Virus record (IMG/VR): IMGVR_UViG_2898748948_000004
Location: 22,443 to 86,442 of that record
Source: a virus
Taxonomy: Duplodnaviria > Caudoviricetes
Length of the DNA stretch: 64,000 bases
Reading direction: 5' to 3' (one strand)
Positions within the stretch are counted from its first letter, which is position 1. Every line of letters begins with the position of its first letter. A program made the translations under genes and the position numbers. Of the stretch, positions 57,952-64,000 are shown piece after piece. The notes under the pieces were generated by a model. It was not told the origin of the DNA. It saw nothing but the letters and a program-made list of their open reading frames with translations, and searched no databases.

Positions 57952-58135
57952 CACCCCTCTAGGGTTCGACCGCTGAGCCAGCCCCCCGGAAAACTCCGGG
58001 GCATGAAAAACCTCTCGCATCAATGCTGGCATTGATGAGAACTCACCAGCAATATTGTGCGCATCGCTCCTTAGCGGCCTCAGTTGACCCTGTATAGGGT
58101 TTAGGAATTGCCGCTCTCGCCGCGACGATGCGGGC

Positions 58136-58432
58136 ATGAAAAGAGCACTCGCATCAGTCCTAGCGCTGCTGGGCATCCATCAGCACTTGAGTGCCGAGCA
58201 AAAGCAGGATTTAGCCACAGCGGCCTTTCAGGCCACGCCAGGGGCGGTTACTGCAGGTGGTTTTCGCCTTGCGGGCCTCCCTTTGAGTGACTGGCTGGTT
58301 ATGGCTTCGATCGCCTTTGTGGGTCTGCAGGCGGCCTACCTGGTCTGGAAGTGGCGCCGCGACTACAAGCACGAGCAGGCCCGTCAAGAACTGCGCGAGA
58401 GAGCCAAATCGGCTGTTGGGGGTGTGCAATGA
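58136..58432 (+). CDS. Holin-like membrane protein
   Basis: TM helix LSDWLVMASIAFVGLQAAYLVWKW with a basic C-tail; directly upstream of the endolysin. Confidence 0.7.
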   Translation: MKRALASVLALLGIHQHLSAEQKQDLATAAFQATPGAVTAGGFRLAGLPLSDWLVMASIAFVGLQAAYLVWKWRRDYKHEQARQELRERAKSAVGGVQ

Positions 58433-59082
58433 GCAAGATCCCATCCGCGTTGCGTAACAGTCTCGGCGCGCTGATGCTGCTCATTGGTATGGGCAGTGGC
58501 ACCTACTACGTAGATCAAGCCGCTTCGGCCGAAGCCCAAAAGAACCAGTACATCCAAGCGGTAGCTGCTGACCCTGGTGTGTCTGACGCCGTTCGCATTG
58601 CCATGGTGATGGGGTCGTACTACGAATCCAGCAATCGCCATATCGGTACTCCCTACATCGACAAGCTGGGCAAGGGGCAGCCCCTGACCGTGTGCAACGG
58701 GATCACCGGAGCAGGTGTGATTGCGGGTAGGTGGTACAGCCCGGCCGAGTGCTACCGACTGGAGAAAGGCCGGTACCTGGCCGCCGAGCGCACCGCTATG
58801 CGCGTGTTCGTGCACTGGGCCAGCTATGACGACTTCGCCCGGGCCACGTTCATCGACTTCATCCACAACAAGGGTGAAACCAATCTGAGCACCAGCACGC
58901 TGCTGCGCAAGGCGAATGCCGGGGATCTTGAAGGATCTTGCCGAGAGAACCCGCGCTGGAGCAAGGGCACGGTCAATGGTGTGCAGACGGTGCTGCCCGG
59001 CTTGAAGCTGCGCGGCGAGGCCAACGATGAGATTTGCCGCCTTTGGCGCGTGCCCCTCCAACCAACCAACCTAGGGAAATGA
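58429..59082 (+). CDS. GH24 lysozyme, probable SAR endolysin
   Basis: N-terminal hydrophobic segment; E..D..T triad region YESS..YIDK..LTVCNGIT; STLLRKANAGD. Confidence 0.88.
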   Translation: MSKIPSALRNSLGALMLLIGMGSGTYYVDQAASAEAQKNQYIQAVAADPGVSDAVRIAMVMGSYYESSNRHIGTPYIDKLGKGQPLTVCNGITGAGVIAGRWYSPAECYRLEKGRYLAAERTAMRVFVHWASYDDFARATFIDFIHNKGETNLSTSTLLRKANAGDLEGSCRENPRWSKGTVNGVQTVLPGLKLRGEANDEICRLWRVPLQPTNLGK

Positions 59083-59083
59083 C

Positions 59084-59374
59084 ATGAAAAAGATTGCTGA
59101 CTATCGCATCGTGCGCGGCGGTGACGCCAACGAGCTGCAAGGCAAGGTGCGCGAAGCCCTGATCGCAGGCCTGCAGCCTCTAGGCGCTCCGCTGGTGAAC
59201 GGCCGCGACCTGATGCAGGCCATGGTCTTGCCGATCGCAGAGCCCGAGCCGCAGACCCTTTCCGCCGCCGCGGCCGAAGCCCAGGAGCAACTGGCAGGCG
59301 TGACTGCAGAATCCGCCCCCCAAGTGCTGGTCGCGCTGGAGTCGGCCGTTCAAGACGTTGTTGACCAAGCATGA
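59084..59374 (+). CDS. DUF1737-like protein
   Basis: YRIVRG....LQGKVREAL..G.QPLGAP......MQAMV. Confidence 0.7.
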   Translation: MKKIADYRIVRGGDANELQGKVREALIAGLQPLGAPLVNGRDLMQAMVLPIAEPEPQTLSAAAAEAQEQLAGVTAESAPQVLVALESAVQDVVDQA

Positions 59375-59832
59375 GGTTCGGTGACGCACTCAAGGCGCTG
59401 GAACTCGGCAAGAGCTTGCAGCGCACGGGTTGGAATGGCAAGGGCTTGTTCGTCTATCTGGTGCCAGCAGCCAGCTACCAGGCGCAAACCGGTGCAGCGA
59501 GGGAGCACTTTGGCGAAGGTGCCATGGTGCCCTACAACGCCTACTTTGCGATCAAGAACGCGAACGAGACTGTTAGCACCTGGGTTCCCAGTGTGAATGA
59601 TTGCCTGGCAGATGACTGGGGGGTGGTTGGTTGCGCGGTACCGCCGCACCAGCAGTGCGTTCTGGATGAAAAGCAGGATACGGACATTCGTATCACCAAG
59701 CTGGACGAGTTCATTGAGCGCAATCCGGCTTTCCTCGATCTGCCGGTTTCCGAGCGCAGTCGCATGAAACGCCAGCTCGATGTGATGCAGGAGCTGTCCA
59801 CCATCCTGGCCGAGCGCATCGCGGCCTTCTGA
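59371..59832 (+). CDS. DUF2829 (Tad2-like) domain fused to a crAss001_48-like helical domain
   Basis: MRFGDALKALELGK...R.GWNGKG.F.YL, WVPSVNDCLADDW; then PHQQCVLDEK..LDEFI...F..L...MKRQLDVM..LS.ILAERIAAF. Confidence 0.85.
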   Translation: MRFGDALKALELGKSLQRTGWNGKGLFVYLVPAASYQAQTGAAREHFGEGAMVPYNAYFAIKNANETVSTWVPSVNDCLADDWGVVGCAVPPHQQCVLDEKQDTDIRITKLDEFIERNPAFLDLPVSERSRMKRQLDVMQELSTILAERIAAF

Positions 59833-59854
59833 TTCCCGCCACCAAGGAAACCCA

Positions 59855-60250
59855 ATGAGCAACATCATCAAACCTACCGTTGGCCGTAAGGTCTGGTATC
59901 GCCCGTGCAAGGATGACTTGATTGGCCTAGGAGCCATGGCCTGTTCGGCAACCCAGGATGAGCCTGCCCAGGGCCAGCCGCTGGATGCAACCATCATCGC
60001 CGTCTGGGGCGATCGCATGGTCAACGTGCTTGTCACCGACGTGATGGGCAAGCAGTTTCCCGTGCTGTCCGTGGATCTGCTGCAGGCCGGCGACGAGCCG
60101 CGCAAGGATGTCGATGGAAAGATCGCTGGCCGCTATGTGGAATGGATGCCGTACCAGCAGGGCCAGGCGGCAAAGGCCGAGCTACCCGCAATCCAGCCAA
60201 GCGCTGACGCTCTGAGCGCTTCCGCAGGCTTCGCCCGCACCGCTTCCTAA
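59855..60250 (+). CDS. Conserved phage hypothetical protein
   Basis: IKPTVGRKVWY, QPLDATIIAVW, VNVLV, EWMPYQ.GQ. Confidence 0.75.
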   Translation: MSNIIKPTVGRKVWYRPCKDDLIGLGAMACSATQDEPAQGQPLDATIIAVWGDRMVNVLVTDVMGKQFPVLSVDLLQAGDEPRKDVDGKIAGRYVEWMPYQQGQAAKAELPAIQPSADALSASAGFARTAS

Positions 60251-60283
60251 GCCTCCCGGCCCGCACCGGCCGGCTGCCGGATA

Positions 60284-61201
60284 TTGGAGATCCCTGTGAA
60301 CCTGTCTTTCAACACATCCCCCAAGATGCTCCTATGCATCGCCGCCGCGATTCTGGCGGTCCTGCTGTTCTGCGCTTTCAAGGTGAACACCAACCCCAGC
60401 GGAATTGCGCTGACTGGCTTCATCTTCTGCTGCATGGCCCTTGCGGTGTTCGCATTGACTGCCAGGATTGATCTGGTGTTTCGAGCGTTGCTTGAGCAGC
60501 TGGAGCCCAAAACGGGCGGCGCAACGGGAGGCACGCTGGGCTCTGTCAATGCCACGCAGCCATACCGCGAGCGTAGCCAACGTGAGGATCTAATTCAATC
60601 GCTTGTGCATTCGCTGGCCCCTGGCTTGATCAGCAACAGCTTAATCAACAACATGAAGGCCCCCGACTTGGGCACGTATATCCGGGAAGTGGCAGACAAT
60701 ATTCTGGGCAGTGGGACTCAGACGCCCACAGTGGCTTGTACATGCGGCCCAAATGACGGGTGCAGCAATTGCTATCGCTTGGCCGTCGAACGCTACAAGG
60801 CCGGCCTGTCCATTGCCGCTGCGGCCGGACGGGTGACTGTGGGGGATATGGAGCCTCATTTGGCCTCTGTAGGAGTGCAGGCCGACCAACGGGCCGAAGC
60901 GGAGATTGTTGCTGCTGGCCTGACTGCACCGCGCGTGACTGCCGAGCAGATCCAAGGGCTGATGGCGAAAATAACGTGGCTCTACGAGCAGCCGGCTGGT
61001 ACCACCAGCACCCTTGCACATGCCTTCTTGGGTCGCTTCTATCTGGCAACCGGCCACAGCGCATGCGTGAGCCCGGAGAATTTCAATGCCGCCCTGGGCA
61101 TGAAATATGCGCGTGAGCAGGCAGAAGGCAAGGCACGCGACAAGCTCTGGGAGCATGAAGGCTACGCCCTAGCCAAGTCGCTGCAGGTACTGCCATCGTG
61201 A
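60284..61201 (+). CDS. Two-TM N-terminal extension fused to a Gp49/Sf6-gp66-family domain (Acb4-like)
   Basis: C-terminal EIVAAGLTAPRVT..QI, TGHSACVSPENFNAALG.KYARE.A..KLWEHEGY.L; possible internal ATG at 60848. Confidence 0.75.
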   Translation: MEIPVNLSFNTSPKMLLCIAAAILAVLLFCAFKVNTNPSGIALTGFIFCCMALAVFALTARIDLVFRALLEQLEPKTGGATGGTLGSVNATQPYRERSQREDLIQSLVHSLAPGLISNSLINNMKAPDLGTYIREVADNILGSGTQTPTVACTCGPNDGCSNCYRLAVERYKAGLSIAAAAGRVTVGDMEPHLASVGVQADQRAEAEIVAAGLTAPRVTAEQIQGLMAKITWLYEQPAGTTSTLAHAFLGRFYLATGHSACVSPENFNAALGMKYAREQAEGKARDKLWEHEGYALAKSLQVLPS

Positions 61202-61232
61202 GCCCCATTGTGTTCTACATGATGTGTGACCC

Positions 61233-61631
61233 ATGGTTCTGGTGGAGGCTGGCATGGGAAAGCTGATCCCAGCTTTGGTGCTCGCCATACTGCTGAGCAT
61301 ATTGGGGAACATCTGGCAGGCGAGAACCTATCTTGAGCTGCGCGATGCTTTGACGAGTGCCCGGGCCGAGATTACTCGTTCCAGCGAAGATCTGGCAGGG
61401 GCTCAGTCCTTGGCGTCGGCCTGCAGTGATGCCACCGAAGATCTGCGCGAGCTGGCAGACAAGCGCGAGCTTGAAGCCGCGGGGGCGCGCGAGCAGGCGC
61501 GTTTGGTGGCTGCTGGGCAGGAGAAACAAGCCGACGCCATCTTGGCCAAGCCAGATCCGGTGCCAGGCGATGCGTGTGCCAGTGCGCAGCTTCTGGTTGA
61601 CGACTGGCTTCGCCAAAGGACAAAGCCATGA
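61233..61631 (+). CDS. i-spanin (Rz-like)
   Basis: N-terminal TM helix followed by a coiled coil. Confidence 0.75.
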   Translation: MVLVEAGMGKLIPALVLAILLSILGNIWQARTYLELRDALTSARAEITRSSEDLAGAQSLASACSDATEDLRELADKRELEAAGAREQARLVAAGQEKQADAILAKPDPVPGDACASAQLLVDDWLRQRTKP

Positions 61632-61903
61632 GCAAAGCAGTATTGGCTGTGGCGGCCATTATCTTGGCCGGCTGCCAGAGTACCCCGCCTAAGATTGTGC
61701 TGCAGGAGGTCAAGGTGGCTGTCCCGGTCGAATGCAAAGAGCCTGTGCCAGACCGCCCGGCCATGCCGACAGAATCGCTGCAGCCAAGTACTCCGCTACC
61801 CATATTCGTGAAGGCCGCTCAAGCGGAAATACATCGGCGTGAAGGTTATGAAATCAAGCTGCTGACCGCTTTGCAGAATTGCAGGAAACCAGTCGGCAAG
61901 TAA
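61628..61903 (+). CDS. o-spanin (Rz1-like lipoprotein)
   Basis: Lipobox ILAGC, Pro-rich mature region, overlaps the i-spanin stop. Confidence 0.8.
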   Translation: MSKAVLAVAAIILAGCQSTPPKIVLQEVKVAVPVECKEPVPDRPAMPTESLQPSTPLPIFVKAAQAEIHRREGYEIKLLTALQNCRKPVGK

Positions 61904-62058
61904 TTAACCGGCAGTTATTCAGCGCCGTATATCAGCCCGGGCAGCAGCGATTTGGATTCGCTACTTTCTATCTGAAATTGTTTGGCGCAAGGGGACTTGC
62001 GTCAAATGCGATTTATGAGATCCTGTATGAACCTCAACAACGGAAGGTTCAAAAAGGA

Positions 62059-62574
62059 ATGCGAAAAGTCTCGGGAAATAAGAGGCGCGAACAACGCGCG
62101 GTGACGCTGTTCAGGTCACTGGGAGGGGCGAAACGCTCAGCAGGGTGCAAGCTGCCGAGCGGTTCATTTGAAAAAGAGATGTGGAAATCTAAATTCCGTG
62201 CCGATGGTACAAAGTTCAAATCACCTGCGCAAGCCAGTGTTGTAAGAACTCCCGGCATTCGCATGCTCAATCGGTATGGCGAGGTGTGGTTTGTGGTCAA
62301 GGACATCAGCATCCTGCTCGGCCGCAAGACTGACAGATTCACGTCTTGGCAGTGCATTCCCGAAATGGAACGCGACGTGGATTGGTTTGATCGTGTCGAA
62401 GGGCGAAAGCAGTGTTTGAAGATTGTGACACTGACTGGTCTGCCGGTATTGCTGAAGAGCGTCAGCCCCGCCTGGCGTGAGCGAATTCTCGAATGGGCAC
62501 AGGCAGTGACCGTGGCGGCTGATCAGAATGGAGCCGGCGAGCGAATCACGCTGACTGCTCCAGACCCCATGTAA
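62059..62574 (+). CDS. Bro-N-like DNA-binding or antirepressor protein
   Basis: IRMLNRYGEVWFVVKDIS.LLG...IVTLTGL..LL...ILEW. Confidence 0.55.
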   Translation: MRKVSGNKRREQRAVTLFRSLGGAKRSAGCKLPSGSFEKEMWKSKFRADGTKFKSPAQASVVRTPGIRMLNRYGEVWFVVKDISILLGRKTDRFTSWQCIPEMERDVDWFDRVEGRKQCLKIVTLTGLPVLLKSVSPAWRERILEWAQAVTVAADQNGAGERITLTAPDPM

Positions 62575-62753
62575 ACGACGCCCCCACAAGGGGCCAGAAC
62601 CACTTTCCACTTTGGGAGTGGTTCTGTGACGATGTAGTCCTGGGGGCGACCGGGCAGAATCCGTTCAATGGGAAATCCCCAGCGGCCTGGGGTTCTCAGC
62701 AGTGTTGGGTGCCAGTCAGCCTCTTGAATAAGGTGTGGGCTTTGGCGGCTCAT
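62523..62753 (-). CDS. Small hypothetical protein
   Basis: 76-aa ORF overlapping the upstream minus-strand gene. Confidence 0.4.
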   Translation of the reverse strand: MSRQSPHLIQEADWHPTLLRTPGRWGFPIERILPGRPQDYIVTEPLPKWKVVLAPCGGVVYMGSGAVSVIRSPAPF

Positions 62754-63147
62754 GGATGTACGGCAACTGCTGAACAAAGGCTTGTGCGTTGAATGCGGGT
62801 AGGGCGGGGCCATCCATCCTTGACCTCTGACGCACTAGCCATAGCTGCTCATACTCGGCCAGACCGTGCTCGGTCAGCTTCGTCTCATAGCCGCGCCAGA
62901 GTAGCGCATCGCCCAGCACATCGATCACAACAGGATCGACTAAATAATTTTCTGGGGTGATTCGCGTGCCCTTATGGACATACAGGGTGACGCGCCGGAG
63001 CGAACGCCGCAGGTTGTTGTTGCTCCCGCTTTCGTGAACCATGCGCAGCTCTCCAATGACGGGCGTTGGCCAGTCTTTGGGAGCCAGGCGCACGCCGGCT
63101 CGACGGAGTTCGATAATTTCGCAGAACACTGTGTATTTATACAGCAT
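62716..63147 (-). CDS. SOS-box-controlled hypothetical protein (true start may be GTG 63129)
   Basis: ORF with a perfect LexA box over its 5' end. Confidence 0.65.
   Translation of the reverse strand: MLYKYTVFCEIIELRRAGVRLAPKDWPTPVIGELRMVHESGSNNNLRRSLRRVTLYVHKGTRITPENYLVDPVVIDVLGDALLWRGYETKLTEHGLAEYEQLWLVRQRSRMDGPALPAFNAQAFVQQLPYIHEPPKPTPYSRG
63129..63144. promoter_or_regulatory. Consensus LexA (SOS) box
   Basis: CTGTGTATTTATACAG = CTGT-N8-ACAG. Confidence 0.85.
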
Positions 63148-63309
63148 CCTTGAAGCCCCGCAAATGTACTTCTTGAGGCTGATGTGGCCTACAGGTCGCG
63201 GTGTCGTCGGCAGGGGAGTTGGGAAGTGCGCTATTTGTAGTGCAACAGGAGTGCAGCAATACGCAATAGGCTCAATAAAAAATCTTCTAAATCAATGTGG
63301 TAGACGAAA

Positions 63310-63393
63310 GTCTGTCCAGTCCATCATTGGCGCCACCGACATGCGCCACATGCTGCTATCTAGTTGTTTTTTAATGGTTTGTTCGGTGCTCAT
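63310..63393 (-). pseudogene. dusA: Displaced 5' end of dusA (tRNA-dihydrouridine synthase A); prophage att junction
   Basis: Minus strand reads MSTEQTIKKQLDSSMWRMSVAPMMDWTD, then diverges (FRLPH*) where DusA continues RHCR. Confidence 0.88.
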
Positions 63394-63506
63394 ACTATGA
63401 AAAGTGCCTTGTGGTGCACTGAAAATTAACCCTGTCTTACCCCGTTTTTCCGGGTTTTTTGATGCTGAATGCTACATTGGTTCACCACGAATTTCATGGA
63501 GCACTG

Positions 63507-64000
63507 ATGGGAACCATCACCCAACGAAAGAGTGCCAAGGGTGTCATATCGTTCCAGCTCAGATCCGTCTGAAGGAAGGCGGATAGCTGACTCTTGCCGA
63601 GTCCAAGGCGTTCACCCGGCGTGCTCTTGCCCAGAAATGGTTGCGGAGACGTGAAGCAGAAATCGAGGAGGCCCAAGCGACAGGCCTGCCTGTTCAAGGT
63701 CTCGTCACCCTCAAGCAGATACTGCAGGATTATGTCAGCGATGCAAAAGGCATCGTGGCATGGGGGCGGTCCAAGACGGCCGACATCACCCGGCTGCAGA
63801 GCCAGGCTGGCGCACCGGGATGCCTGGCACCTGCGTGCCATTGACTTCATCGAGTACGCCAGGTGGCGGGCCCGGCCACAGTGCTCAACGATATCGTCTG
63901 GTTGTGCCAGGCCTGCCTGGGCGCCGTGGCGCGCTAGGGCATGCACAAGCTGGTGCAGGAGCTGGACGCTCTGCTGCGGCTCAAGATCATCTCCAAGCAC
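63507..64000 (+). pseudogene. Decayed dusA-associated tyrosine integrase (frameshifts and stops)
   Basis: MGTITQRK..., then in shifted frames AQIRLKEGG*, KWLRRREAEIE, DFIEYARWR, ATVLNDIVWL; divergent from the dusA 5' end. Confidence 0.8.

Larger units (their letters stand above)
1..63310. mobile_element. Temperate podovirus-like prophage (Bcep22/PBC5-like architecture), left end outside the window, right end at the dusA att junction
   Basis: Contiguous immunity, replication, packaging, capsid, tail and lysis modules; the right boundary coincides with a truncated dusA 5' end. Confidence 0.93.

Noticed and set aside
63494-64000. 168-aa minus-strand ORF at the right edge
   Set aside because: Antisense to the frameshifted integrase remnant, which explains the sequence

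Overview
Almost the whole window (1 to ~63310) is one temperate podovirus-like prophage of a Comamonadaceae-like betaproteobacterium (host assignment is inference). Its layout resembles Bcep22/PBC5-type phages, which carry a DarB-like giant virion protein. Left to right: a leftward early region (TAXI-family periplasmic binding protein, TM/coiled-coil protein, micro membrane peptides, vWA protein, hairpin-rich leaders); an immunity region (short HTH repressor without a peptidase domain, cro, shared operators, a LexA-like box); replication and nin-like genes; an accessory cassette with its own regulator; a terminase whose large subunit is split into two genes; portal, scaffold, N4-gp56-type capsid, adaptor and ejection proteins; a 5215-aa polyvalent virion protein; tail genes; and a lysis cassette interrupted by four genes, two of which resemble anti-defence nucleotide-sponge families. 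The right end is an attachment junction inside the 5' end of dusA, followed by a decayed dusA-associated integrase of an older element. The most notable observations are (1) an antisense 4-TM protein whose C-terminal tail copies the N-terminal FDPSRAVP/DDFNPxRAVP peptides of the neighbouring giant virion protein, a candidate mimicry-based superinfection exclusion system; (2) the candidate sponge cluster inside the lysis cassette; (3) a seven-copy late-promoter motif that points to leaderless late mRNAs; and (4) the TAXI/coiled-coil/vWA envelope module. All family assignments come from motif recognition by eye; no database search was run.
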